Below are positions 10,321 through 19,197 of a stretch of DNA of 63,693 nucleotides, piece after piece; position 1 is the stretch's first letter; each line of letters begins with the position of its first letter. Origin of the DNA: Verrucomicrobiota bacterium (lineage in GTDB: Bacteria; Verrucomicrobiota; Verrucomicrobiia; Limisphaerales; CANJSG01); the NCBI GenBank assembly GCA_038203875.1, contig JBBRDN010000003.1, positions 1 through 63,693 of the forward strand, in the 5' to 3' direction. Below the pieces are notes generated by a model. It saw nothing but the letters and a program-made list of their open reading frames with translations, did not search any database and was not told where the DNA came from. The position numbers and the translations under genes are program-made.

Positions 10321-11796
10321 TCAGACGGCCGCGGCGGCTTTCGGCCTGCTAAAGGCGAGGAGCAATCCCAGTGTCAGCGCGCCGTTCAAGATGAGCAGCT
10401 CGCTGCCGAACGCGTAGCCGGCGAACCAATCCTTTGAGAAGAGGTCCAGCATCCAGCAAACGAGCGGCGACACCAGGCAGGTCACGACGATGAGCGCCTG
10501 TGGGACCCTGCGCTTAAAGAAGAGCGCGTAGGCGAACAGCCCGAGGATCGGCCCGTAGGTGTAGTTGGCGAACTTGAGGATGATCGTGATGACCGAGGTC
10601 TTGGCCAGCGCGTTGATCAGCAGGATCGAGATCAACAGGGCGACGGCGAAGCCGAGATGCAACCGATGCCGCAGCCGGGTCTTCTGCGCTTCGCTCAACC
10701 GCTCGTCCTTGTCCATGCCGAGGATGTCGATGCAGAAGGAAGTCGTCAGTGTGGTCAGCACGGAGTCCGCGCTGGAGAACGTCGCCGCCGTCAGCCCAAG
10801 CACGAAGACTATCGCCGCCGCGATGCCGAGGTGCTGAAGGGCGAGCATCGGGAAGAGATGGTCCGTGCGGTCGGGGATGGCCACGCCCTTGACCCGCGCG
10901 TATTCGAAGAGCAGCGCGCCGAGGGCGAGGAAGAGAAGGTTCACTCCGACGACGACGATGGAGAACCAGTTGATGTTCTTCTGTGCGTCGCCCAGCGAAC
11001 GGCAGCTCAGGTTTTTCTGCATCATGTTCTGGTCGAGCCCGGTCATGCAGATGGCCACGAAGGCACCGCCGAAGAACTGCTTCCAGAAGTTGTTCGCCGG
11101 CTTCCAGTCCCAGAAGAACGTCTTGGACAGGTCGCTCGACTTTACCATGTCGACGATGCCGCCGACGCCAAGGCCGAGTTCGCGGCCAATGAAGAAGACG
11201 GAGAGGGCGACTCCCAGAAGAAGGAAGGCGGATTGGAAAGTGTCCGTCCAGACGAGGGTCTTGATCCCGCCCTTGTAGGTGTAGGCAAGGATGAGTCCAA
11301 TCACGATGGTGACGCTCAGCGCGAAGGGGATCCCCAGCGCGTCGAAGACGAACTTCTGCAGGACGCTCACCGCTAGGAACAGCCGCGCCGCCGCACCGAG
11401 CAACCGCGAGAGGACAAAGAAGGTGGAACCCATCTTCTGCCCGGCCGGTCCGAGCCGTTCATGGAGGAAACTGTAGATGGAGGTCAGGTTCATCCGGTAG
11501 TAGACCGGCAGTAGGACGAACGAGATCACGAGATAACCGGCCACGTAGCCGAGCACGAGCTGCAGATAGGAAAACTGCGCCGTTCCCACCTGCCCCGGCA
11601 CGGAGATGAAGGTCACTCCCGAGAGCGAATCGCCGATCAACCCGAAGGCCACCGCATACCAGGGTGACGATTTATTCCCGAGGAAGTAGCTCGCGTTGTT
11701 CGCCCCGCGGCTGGTCCACCACGCGATCCCGAGCAGGCAGGCGAAGTAGGCCGCGATGCACGACAGGACGATGATGGGCGTCTTCTCGGGCGACAT
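10321..11796 (-). CDS. Sodium:solute symporter (SSS) family transporter
   Basis: 491 aa, roughly 13 hydrophobic segments. N-terminal FLGNKSSPWYAVAFGLIGDSLSGVTFISVPG is typical of the SSS family. Confidence 0.85.
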   Translation of the reverse strand: MSPEKTPIIVLSCIAAYFACLLGIAWWTSRGANNASYFLGNKSSPWYAVAFGLIGDSLSGVTFISVPGQVGTAQFSYLQLVLGYVAGYLVISFVLLPVYYRMNLTSIYSFLHERLGPAGQKMGSTFFVLSRLLGAAARLFLAVSVLQKFVFDALGIPFALSVTIVIGLILAYTYKGGIKTLVWTDTFQSAFLLLGVALSVFFIGRELGLGVGGIVDMVKSSDLSKTFFWDWKPANNFWKQFFGGAFVAICMTGLDQNMMQKNLSCRSLGDAQKNINWFSIVVVGVNLLFLALGALLFEYARVKGVAIPDRTDHLFPMLALQHLGIAAAIVFVLGLTAATFSSADSVLTTLTTSFCIDILGMDKDERLSEAQKTRLRHRLHLGFAVALLISILLINALAKTSVITIILKFANYTYGPILGLFAYALFFKRRVPQALIVVTCLVSPLVCWMLDLFSKDWFAGYAFGSELLILNGALTLGLLLAFSRPKAAAAV

Positions 11797-11803
11797 GGGC
11801 GCT

Positions 11804-12457
11804 TCAGGAAATTGTCAGAAGAGGCCGGCCGGGCGCGTCGATCAGGGTGTTCACGGCGGCGGGAACTCCGGCGATGGCGCGTTGCAGGATCTCGTCGCAG
11901 GCGGCCGGCTTGAGCCCATGCCGGTGTTGGATGGCGGCCACGAAGCCGCCCAGCGTCTTCTCGGTGTAGTGGACCAAACCCTGGCGCAGCGGCAGCGAAT
12001 AGAGCCCCAGGGTCAGGCCAAAGACCAGCGTGTGCCAGCTGTGGACGAGGCCTTCGTCCGAGGCGGCCAGGTAGCGCTCCAGGACGCGGCTGTGTTTCAC
12101 GGGCCGGAGCCTGCGGATCTGCGAACGGCCAACCCGCCGGCTGGCCTCGGCGAAATCCTTGAGCCGCGCGTCGCGGGCAAGTTCGCCATCGAAGGCGATC
12201 AGCTCGCGGCCTTCGTTCCGTTGCGTGTGGCCGTGGGCGCGGAGAATCGCCGGCAACTCGACGGGCACGAGGATCTCCGAATGGAAGCGGGCAAGGAACC
12301 CGTCCAGCGCTTCCGGCGAATCGAGGCGTTCACGCCAGATCGTCAACGGAGCAGCCAAGCCAGAAGCATCGTCGGCCCCAGGCCCCAGCGCCGCGAGCAG
12401 GGATGGATATTCCCCAAGGCATTCGGAAACTTCGGTCAAGGTGGCGGATTGCGTCAT
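11804..12457 (-). CDS. Hypothetical protein, possibly distantly UreF-like. Precedes the SSS transporter by 7 nt.
   Basis: Internal ATG at 12457 (MTQSATLTEV...). The upstream 113 codons are rejected because they run through the AT-richer divergent promoter region. The segment HSWHTLVFGLTLGLYSLPLRQGLVHYTEKTLGGFVAA loosely resembles the helical core of UreF-type accessory proteins. This is from memory and tentative. Confidence 0.5.
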   Translation of the reverse strand: MTQSATLTEVSECLGEYPSLLAALGPGADDASGLAAPLTIWRERLDSPEALDGFLARFHSEILVPVELPAILRAHGHTQRNEGRELIAFDGELARDARLKDFAEASRRVGRSQIRRLRPVKHSRVLERYLAASDEGLVHSWHTLVFGLTLGLYSLPLRQGLVHYTEKTLGGFVAAIQHRHGLKPAACDEILQRAIAGVPAAVNTLIDAPGRPLLTIS

Positions 12458-12588
12458 CGTTTTTACCCGGCCCGTAGCCGGACGCCGGAATCTAGGCCGT
12501 GTCGTCGAAGCGTCGAGGTTGAAACCCGAAGCTTCGCGGTCCGAAAGGGCCGCGTCTTTTCCAATAGATCGGCAGGGACCGGTCATGC

Positions 12589-12668
12589 TCCTAATCTGGA
12601 TTCCTAATCGCTCTCTTAATCCTCCATCCAATCGGATCAAGACGACGATTAGGAATAAGAGAGGGAGG
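12589..12668. promoter_or_regulatory. Operator-like repeat cluster in a divergent promoter region
   Basis: TCCTAATC occurs at 12589-12596 and 12602-12609, and its complement within GATTAGGAA at 12647-12655. CTCTCTTA (12611-12618) pairs with TAAGAGAG (12656-12663), and CCTCC (12621-12625) with GGAGG (12664-12668). This is the locally most AT-rich stretch between two divergent genes. Confidence 0.3.
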
Positions 12669-12728
12669 CAGAAGAATGATTCCCTGTTGCACCGTCGGGG
12701 CCGCGCCCGATACTCCTGAAAACGCGAG

Positions 12729-13343
12729 ATGAACGAGTGGCACATCCAATCCCGGTCCCACAGCTGCCAGATTTCTGGGAAGTACTTCGCCGACAAGGAG
12801 GCGTATTACACGCTCCTCTTCGAGGAACGCTCCGAACTCCAGCGCATCGACGTCTGCGAAGCCGTCTGGCGCGAGCGATACGGCAACAACGCCGCTGGCG
12901 CCGGAGGCTATGTTTCCCATTGGAAGGGCGTCTATGAAGCGCCGCCCGCCGCGCCGCCTGATCCGATCCAGAAGGACACGGCCGAAGACCTCCTGCGGAA
13001 GCTGATCGAGCGCAACGCGCCCGAGTTCGAAGCCGTCTGCTACATCCTCGCCGTGATGCTGGAGCGCAAACGCCTGCTCCGCGTAAAGTCGCAGCTCCGG
13101 CGCGACGGACAACGGATCTTCATCTACGAGCAGCCCAAGACGGGCGATCTCTTCACCATCACCGACCCCGATCTCCAACTCGACCAGCTCGACGCCGTGC
13201 AACAGCAGGTCGCGGACTTGTTGGAACACGGAATCCCGTCCGAGGAAGAGGGCCAGCCGAGGGAAGATCCCTTCGAACCGCCCGTCGATCGCGCTGCCGA
13301 AGCGGCGCTGATGCCCGAACTGGCCGAGCCCGTTCCGGCCTGA
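12729..13343 (+). CDS. Hypothetical protein
   Basis: ATG start and good coding-like composition. N-terminal Cys/His-containing segment (HSCQISGKYF...DVCEAVW) and an acidic C-terminus. No family named with confidence. Confidence 0.6.
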   Translation: MNEWHIQSRSHSCQISGKYFADKEAYYTLLFEERSELQRIDVCEAVWRERYGNNAAGAGGYVSHWKGVYEAPPAAPPDPIQKDTAEDLLRKLIERNAPEFEAVCYILAVMLERKRLLRVKSQLRRDGQRIFIYEQPKTGDLFTITDPDLQLDQLDAVQQQVADLLEHGIPSEEEGQPREDPFEPPVDRAAEAALMPELAEPVPA

Positions 13344-13355
13344 CGTTTCGGCGGA

Positions 13356-14426
13356 TCATTTCGTGGGAACGGCGAGCAGCGTCTCCACCTTTTCCAACAA
13401 CCGCGCCCTGGCATTGCGGTCGGCCAGCTTGCCATCCTTGCCGAGAAGCCACTTTTCAGGGAGCGACCGCACGCCGTATTTCTCCGCCACGGCATTGTTC
13501 AGACCTTCACCGTCCCAGAACTGCGGCCAGGGAATCTTCTCCCTCGCGACGAAGCCATCCCCCTCGCTTTTCTCCTGGTTGTATATCACCCCAACGACTT
13601 CGAAACCCTGGTCGTGGAAACGCTCGTAGGCCTTCCTCACCGTCTTCATCTCGGCGACACACACTTCGTGCCACGTCGCCCAGAAGTCGATCAAAACGAC
13701 CTTGCCGCGCAGCTTCGCGAGATCGATCTCACGGCCGTCGAGCGCGGTGAACTTCAGTTCAAGCGGCCGCGAAAGCATCTCCTCGCGATCCAGCGCTTCC
13801 TTTGCCTTCGCACGCACGGCACCGCTAAGATCGGCGCGCTTGAAGATCTCCTCAGCGACGGTCTTCGCCCGGCCAACCGGTTCCGCCCATTCAAACCATC
13901 GATCGTAGGCGGTCAGCTCGGTCGGAAACTCCGCCGCCAGCTTTCTGCCTGCGTCGACCACGGCGTCCGCCTTTGCCGATGAAAGGGCTTCGATGTCGAC
14001 CGGGTCCTGCAGATCGACCAGAAGATGGACCCGATGCTGCGCGAGTTCATCGGCAAGCTCCAACCGGGCTCGCGAGTCGGAGCCGGCCCGGGCCCGCGCG
14101 GCATCGAGTCGTTGCTGGAACAGGCCGCCGGCATTCGTGGAGCCGTAACCAGCGGCCAGCGAAAGATAGGCGCGTTCGGCCCGTTGGGCATTGGCGGTGT
14201 TTTCATCGCCGGGCGATTTCTCGTGGAAGGCACGGAACACGGCCGCACGGCTGAGTGCTTCTTCGACGGCTTGGGCACGGGCATTCGTTTCCCCGGTCCG
14301 GGCGAGTCGCCGGACAAAGTCCGCGTCGATCTTGGAAGACAGCTTCTCCCAGTCACTCGGCGCCGGTTCCGCAGCGGAGAGCGCGAGCACAGAGACTACC
14401 AGGAAGAATGGCAGGAGAGGTTTCAT
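13356..14426 (-). CDS. TlpA/redoxin-like thioredoxin-fold protein with a helical N-terminal domain and a degenerate active site
   Basis: Internal ATG at 14426 gives the signal peptide MKPLLPFFLVVSVLALSA. The C-terminal thioredoxin-fold block is GKVVLIDFWATWHEVCVAEM...GFEVVGV...YGVRSLPEKWLLGKDGK. The canonical WCxPC motif is replaced by W-H-E-V-C. Confidence 0.75.
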   Translation of the reverse strand: MKPLLPFFLVVSVLALSAAEPAPSDWEKLSSKIDADFVRRLARTGETNARAQAVEEALSRAAVFRAFHEKSPGDENTANAQRAERAYLSLAAGYGSTNAGGLFQQRLDAARARAGSDSRARLELADELAQHRVHLLVDLQDPVDIEALSSAKADAVVDAGRKLAAEFPTELTAYDRWFEWAEPVGRAKTVAEEIFKRADLSGAVRAKAKEALDREEMLSRPLELKFTALDGREIDLAKLRGKVVLIDFWATWHEVCVAEMKTVRKAYERFHDQGFEVVGVIYNQEKSEGDGFVAREKIPWPQFWDGEGLNNAVAEKYGVRSLPEKWLLGKDGKLADRNARARLLEKVETLLAVPTK

Positions 14427-14436
14427 GCAGGGATCC

Positions 14437-14982
14437 TCACTGGATCGAATCATACTCCGGCCGGCCGGGCCCTTCCAACCGCCGGATCACTTCGTCGGTG
14501 CGCAGCTTGGCGAGAAGCGCGGCCACCGAATTCACCTCGCCCGGCAAAACCACGTCCGGCGCGATCTCGGCAAGCGGCCGAAGCACGAACTGGCGCTGGA
14601 CCGCGCGCGGGTGCGGCAGCGTGAGCGCCGGCGTCGACCACGTTTCGTTTCCCCACGCTATGATGTCCAAGTCCAACGGCCTGGGCTCATTCAGAACCTT
14701 CTTCGGGCGCCGGCCGAACTCGCGCTCAAGGTCCTTGAGTTTGCCGAGCAAAGTCTCGGGTGTTTCGCCGGCCACCGGAGTCAGTGCGACCACCGCGTTG
14801 ACGAACGGCGGCGAACCCGGCGGGCAATCGACAGGCGAAGTGCCCCAAAACGACGAGCGCCGGACAGGGCCCGCCGACATGACCTCCAGCCGCTCCATGG
14901 CTTCCCCCAAGATCGACGCGGAGTTACCCAGATTGGAGCCCAACGCCACGAACACGGAATGGGGAGTCGCGATATCGTGCAC
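14437..14982 (-). CDS. folK: 2-amino-4-hydroxy-6-hydroxymethyldihydropteridine diphosphokinase (HPPK)
   Basis: Motifs VFVALGSNLG, PFVNAVVAL, RPLDLDII and LPHPR. The start is uncertain. GTG at 14982 was chosen. The ATG at 15135 would add 51 non-conserved, Pro/Ser/Gly-rich residues. Confidence 0.85.
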   Translation of the reverse strand: MHDIATPHSVFVALGSNLGNSASILGEAMERLEVMSAGPVRRSSFWGTSPVDCPPGSPPFVNAVVALTPVAGETPETLLGKLKDLEREFGRRPKKVLNEPRPLDLDIIAWGNETWSTPALTLPHPRAVQRQFVLRPLAEIAPDVVLPGEVNSVAALLAKLRTDEVIRRLEGPGRPEYDSIQ

Positions 14983-15119
14983 GGGATGAGCTTCACCCCG
15001 ACCAAGGAAGATTTCCAATGGAGGATTGAACGTCGCCCATCGACCAGGGTCTCTACCGTCGTCCGACAACGAAGATTTCCGGCCGCATGAGGGTGCGGTT
15101 GGTTGGGTAGGAGACAAGG

Positions 15120-15158
15120 ACCCGGAGGCCGGCAACGACCTCCGGGTTTCTCATTTCC
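15120..15158 (+). terminator. Orphan intrinsic-terminator-like hairpin in the leader of the metal-efflux operon
   Basis: ACCCGGAGG (15120-15128) and CCTCCGGGT (15139-15147) form a 9-bp stem with a 10-nt loop, followed by TTCTCATTT. No plus-strand gene lies upstream for it to terminate. Confidence 0.4.
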
Positions 15159-15254
15159 AGAGCCCGGTCATCCAGCCGACCAAAAAAGATTTGAGTGCGG
15201 GAGGCCTGTTCCCGGTCCATACTTCCGACCGTAGACCGTCTTCATCCATACATC

Positions 15255-15533
15255 ATGAAATCGATCCTGACATTCACAGCCGCCGCCCTGGTCCTCGGGT
15301 TCACTTCGGTCCAAGCCGCGGACAAGAAAGCCGACGCCAAGGCAAAACCCTACAAGCTCGACGTCTGCATCGTCTCCGACGAGAAGCTCGGAGAGATGGG
15401 CAAGCCCGTTGTCTTCGAATACAAAGGCCAGGAGTTCCAGCTCTGCTGCAAGTCGTGCCGCAAGGACTTCGACAAGGAGCCCGCCAAGTTCGTCAAGAAG
15501 CTCGCCGAAGCCGAAGCCAAGGCTAAGAAGTAA
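15255..15533 (+). CDS. Small secreted YHS/TRASH-like metal-binding protein
   Basis: Internal ATG at 15255 gives the signal peptide MKSILTFTAAALVLGFTSVQA. DVCIVSDEKLG..FEYKGQEFQLCCKSCRKDFDKEPAKF matches the YHS/TRASH pattern (C..Y.G..F.C(C/S)..C...F...P..F). First gene of the efflux operon. Confidence 0.65.
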   Translation: MKSILTFTAAALVLGFTSVQAADKKADAKAKPYKLDVCIVSDEKLGEMGKPVVFEYKGQEFQLCCKSCRKDFDKEPAKFVKKLAEAEAKAKK

Positions 15534-15568
15534 TCCCCGGTCGGCTTTCCGCCGATCCCACTGATGTC

Positions 15569-15928
15569 ATGAAACACGCCGTCGCCATCATCTTCAGCCT
15601 GCTGCTGATCCTAGGTGACGGCGTGTTCTCGCGTCCCGCCTCCGCGAACGGCACCTCTTCAGGGGGCCACGCCTGCGGCATGGCCGAGAAGTCCCCCTGC
15701 GCCCGGTGCGCCTGTTGCGTGGCGCCGACCGGCAGCAGCTCAACACCCGTCCGCGAATCAAGCCCGGCACCATCGGGCAGCGAACGCCTGCAGATTCCTG
15801 CGAGCGCCTTAGCCGTCCTCTACGAACTGTCGCCCGACAGACCGTGTCCCGCCCGCTCGGCGATGACCGAGCCCTCCTCCCGGAAACCGGTGTCGCTGTT
15901 CCTGCGCCACTGTCTGCTCCTCATCTGA
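15569..15928 (+). CDS. Small Cys-rich secreted protein (putative metal-binding)
   Basis: ATG start and signal-like N-terminus MKHAVAIIFSLLLILG. Cys/His/Met cluster GGHACGMAEKSPCARCACCVAP. Lies between the YHS-like gene and the TolC-like gene. Confidence 0.5.
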   Translation: MKHAVAIIFSLLLILGDGVFSRPASANGTSSGGHACGMAEKSPCARCACCVAPTGSSSTPVRESSPAPSGSERLQIPASALAVLYELSPDRPCPARSAMTEPSSRKPVSLFLRHCLLLI

Positions 15929-16074
15929 GAACAGGCCCGCACGCCTGAAGTGTCTCCGCGTCGTTCGCTGACCTCCTTCATCGTGCCCAAGTCGTCCCGC
16001 CGACTGGCTTAGCCAGACAACGGATCCCTTCCCTGACTTGTTTACTGGCCGGCATCCTCCGGCCGCCTGTTCCG

Positions 16075-17439
16075 ATGAAAATCTCCATTCTGTTTCGCTG
16101 CTCCGCCTTCATTCGACGTTTGATGGTGGCCACCGGCTGTTCGTGTCTCGCCCTGACATCGATGGCGTCGTCGGAGACCAACCGCCTCAAGCTGACCTCC
16201 GCCGTTCTCGGTTCCTACTCCGAGGAACTGCGAACCAATTCCCCCGCGATCAAGGCCGCCCAGGCCCGGCGGACTTCTGCGGAATTCCGCTTTGCCGGCG
16301 TTCGATCCTGGGCCAACCCGGATGTCTCGCTTGGAATCTCCCTCGCCTCGCGCCCAAAACGCGAGGATGACGGCGATCTCGTCTACGGCGTGTCCCAAAG
16401 CCTGCCCCTGTGGGGTCGGGTGGCGGCGGAAAGAAGCGCCGCCGAATCCTCGATCCAAGTGGCCTCGGCCGGAGTGGACTACCAGTTCCAACAACTGCGC
16501 CTCGAACTCGTCCGACAGTTTCTCCGCACCGCCCTCGCCGACAGGACGGTCGCCGTCATGACCGAGGATCTCCGCTGGCTGGGCGCGCTCATCGATTTCG
16601 CCCGACAACGCGCTGGGACCGGCTCGGGCACGACCGCCGAAGTGCTGCGTCTCCAGAACGAGCTCGACCTTCAGTCCACACGGCTCGCGTCGGAACAGCA
16701 GCTGGCCCGGCAATCCCGCTCACAGCTCAACCGTCTCCTCGGCCGTGAGGACTCCGCGCCGTGGCCGCAACTGGATCTTCCCGACCTCGGTCCCGAGCTC
16801 CGGTTCAACGACCGCTTCCGCAAGCTGACCCTCCGCAACGAGGCGAAGCTCAAACTGTTCAATCGCACGGCCGAGGCGGCCGCCACCGGCATCGACGTCG
16901 CCAAACGCGCCGCAAGGCCCGACGTGAAGGTCTTCGGTGAACTCCGCCAATTCTCCGGCAACGGCGAAGCGCGCGAGGGACTAGTCGGCGTCGCGATGTC
17001 CGTGCCGTGGTTCAACCGGAGCCGTTATCGGGCCGACGTGGCCCGCGCCGAAGCCGAAGCCCAGGCGGCCCGGTTCGACGCCGGGGACTACGAGCGATTC
17101 GTCCCGGTGGAGGCGGATCGTATTGCCACGCTGGCCGGCAATGCGCGCCGGGAAGCGATCGCCTACCGCGACCGGATCCTGCCACGCACGACGGAGATGC
17201 TTGAGGCAATGCGCAGCAGCTGGGTTTCGGGCAGCGGCGACCTCGTTTCACTCTTCGACATCCGTCGGCAGTGGCTCGACGGTCAACGCATGCTGGCCAA
17301 CGCCACGGCCGAGCAGTGGCAGATGCTGGCCGAGATCACCCTCTGTTGCGGACTCGCCGACCTCGAAGCGATCGAGGCGCTGAACGACCCGGCAATCGAT
17401 GCCGGATCGCGCATTCCGGATGCCGGTTCCAAACCCTGA
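16075..17439 (+). CDS. TolC family outer-membrane efflux protein (CusC/CzcC-like)
   Basis: 454 aa with two OEP-type helical repeats. Sits immediately upstream (12 nt) of the RND adaptor gene. Confidence 0.85.
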   Translation: MKISILFRCSAFIRRLMVATGCSCLALTSMASSETNRLKLTSAVLGSYSEELRTNSPAIKAAQARRTSAEFRFAGVRSWANPDVSLGISLASRPKREDDGDLVYGVSQSLPLWGRVAAERSAAESSIQVASAGVDYQFQQLRLELVRQFLRTALADRTVAVMTEDLRWLGALIDFARQRAGTGSGTTAEVLRLQNELDLQSTRLASEQQLARQSRSQLNRLLGREDSAPWPQLDLPDLGPELRFNDRFRKLTLRNEAKLKLFNRTAEAAATGIDVAKRAARPDVKVFGELRQFSGNGEAREGLVGVAMSVPWFNRSRYRADVARAEAEAQAARFDAGDYERFVPVEADRIATLAGNARREAIAYRDRILPRTTEMLEAMRSSWVSGSGDLVSLFDIRRQWLDGQRMLANATAEQWQMLAEITLCCGLADLEAIEALNDPAIDAGSRIPDAGSKP

Positions 17440-17451
17440 TTCTTTCGTCCT

Positions 17452-19197
17452 ATGAAACGTTTTCTCCTCTCTTTGACCGTTGTTGGCCTCGCGATTTCGG
17501 CGGGCTGGTTCCTGCGCGGCATCCGGCATCCGGCATCCGGGATCGGGAACCCGGCCCAAGCCACGGCATCCGGCGCCCCGCTGTTCTACCAGTCGCCGAT
17601 GCATCCGTGGATCAAGTCGGACAAGCCCGGCAAGTGCACCATCTGCGGAATGGATCTCGCCCCGGTCTATAGCGGCGACAAGGGTCTGGATTCCGGGGCG
17701 GGCCAGGGCCTTGTGACGTTGGGCACCAACTCCGTCCAGGCGATCCACGTCGCGACCTCGGAAGCCGTTCGCCGGCCGTTGACCCACACGCTGCGCTTCG
17801 CCGGAACGATCGACGACGACGACACGCGCCATCGCATTCTCTCGGCCTACGTCGACGCGCGCATCGAGCGGCTCCACGTGAACTACCAGGGCGCCGAAGT
17901 GACCGAGGGCCAGCCATTGGCCACGATCTACAGCCCCATGCTTCTCAACGCGGCGCGGGAGTATCTCACCTTCCGCCGTTCCATGCTTTCGCCGGCGGAC
18001 GCCGCGACGGGAAACTGGATGGATGCGGCCACCTCCCGTCTGCGTGCGCTGGGACTCTCCGCCTTGCAGGTCGCGCAACTGCCGAACACGTTCTCGGAAA
18101 CGAATCTCCTGTTCGAAATCCTCTCCCCCATGACAGGCACCGTCGTCGCCCGGAACGTCTACGAGGGGCAGTCGATCACGGAGGGCGAAAAGATGTTCGA
18201 GTTGGCCGACTTCACGACCATGTGGCTCAAGCTCGAGGTTTACGAACGCGACCTCGGCTGGCTGAAGCAGGGACAGGTGGTCGAAGTGTCTTCCGCCGCG
18301 TTGCCAGGCCGCACGTTGTCCGGCCGCATCGCCTTCATCGATCCGAACTTCGACGAGAAGACCCGCTCCACCAAGGTCCGCGTCGAGATTCCAAATCCGC
18401 TCTCCGAAACCGGCGGCGTGCCTCGGCGCGACATCAGCCATCGGCTGCTCGCCGACGCCCGGGTGACGTCGGTCGTGCCCGAAGTGCTGGCCATTCCGCG
18501 CAGTTCCGTCCTCAACGCAGGCGGCGTCCCGATGGTCTACGTCGAGAAGGGCCGGGCCGCCTATGAGCAGCGACGCGTCACCCTCGGTCGATCGGGAGAC
18601 GACCTCGTCGAAGTGCTCGGTGGCGTGGCCGCAGGCGAGCGCGTCGTGACCCGGGGCAACCTGCTCATCGACGCGCAGGCGCAGCTCAACTCGGGCGCGG
18701 GAACGCCGGAAACAACCAAATCGTCCGGCCCGTCCACCCCCCTCAACGCTGAACAAACGTCGGCACTACAGGGCGTGTTCGCCGTGGCGGACAATCTGGC
18801 ACGCGCGCTCGCAGCGGATGACCTGAAAGCCTTCCAAGATCGCAGCGTCGCGCTCCACACCGTTGTGCCGGCGGCGGCTGAAATTCTGAAAACCATTCCC
18901 AGCCTCGCATCCCAGATGGAAGCGGCCAACCGCGCGGCCCACTGGCCACCACCCGGCGACATCGCCACCGCCCGCGCCCGCTTCCACGCGTTCGTCACGC
19001 CGGTGGTCGAACTGGCCAAGCTGACCAGATCCACCGTCGGGACTTTGGTGCCACGGCTCTTCCAATGTCCCATGACAAAAAAATCCTTCCCCGCCGCCCC
19101 TGCCAACGCGTTCTGGCTCCAACTAGGCGAAGGATCGATCCGCAATCCCTACTTCGGGGCTGAGATGCTCGACTGCGGAACGGAGGTGAAACCGTGA
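17452..19197 (+). CDS. Efflux RND periplasmic adaptor (CusB-like) fused to an N-terminal heavy-metal-binding domain and a C-terminal DUF3347-like domain
   Basis: N-terminal YQSPMHPWIKSDKPGKCTICGMDL (HMBD), then an HlyD/MFP barrel-sandwich core. About 140 C-terminal residues end ..FQCPMTKK..WLQLGEGSIRNPYFGAEMLDCG, as in DUF3347. Confidence 0.9.
   Translation: MKRFLLSLTVVGLAISAGWFLRGIRHPASGIGNPAQATASGAPLFYQSPMHPWIKSDKPGKCTICGMDLAPVYSGDKGLDSGAGQGLVTLGTNSVQAIHVATSEAVRRPLTHTLRFAGTIDDDDTRHRILSAYVDARIERLHVNYQGAEVTEGQPLATIYSPMLLNAAREYLTFRRSMLSPADAATGNWMDAATSRLRALGLSALQVAQLPNTFSETNLLFEILSPMTGTVVARNVYEGQSITEGEKMFELADFTTMWLKLEVYERDLGWLKQGQVVEVSSAALPGRTLSGRIAFIDPNFDEKTRSTKVRVEIPNPLSETGGVPRRDISHRLLADARVTSVVPEVLAIPRSSVLNAGGVPMVYVEKGRAAYEQRRVTLGRSGDDLVEVLGGVAAGERVVTRGNLLIDAQAQLNSGAGTPETTKSSGPSTPLNAEQTSALQGVFAVADNLARALAADDLKAFQDRSVALHTVVPAAAEILKTIPSLASQMEAANRAAHWPPPGDIATARARFHAFVTPVVELAKLTRSTVGTLVPRLFQCPMTKKSFPAAPANAFWLQLGEGSIRNPYFGAEMLDCGTEVKP

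Noticed and set aside
12601-12668. An H-type pseudoknot formed by the A-B...A'-B' complementary blocks.
   Set aside because: The loop geometry is incompatible. There are zero nucleotides between the 3' strands, which would have to span a 9-bp stem. The blocks are better read as alternative pairings or protein-binding sites.
14191-15526. ORFs 14191-15090 (+), 14255-14989 (+) and 15026-15526 (+) around folK and the operon leader.
   Set aside because: The first two are antisense shadows of folK and the TlpA-like gene. The third merely runs in another frame across the YHS-like gene and has an Arg/Pro/Gly-rich composition.
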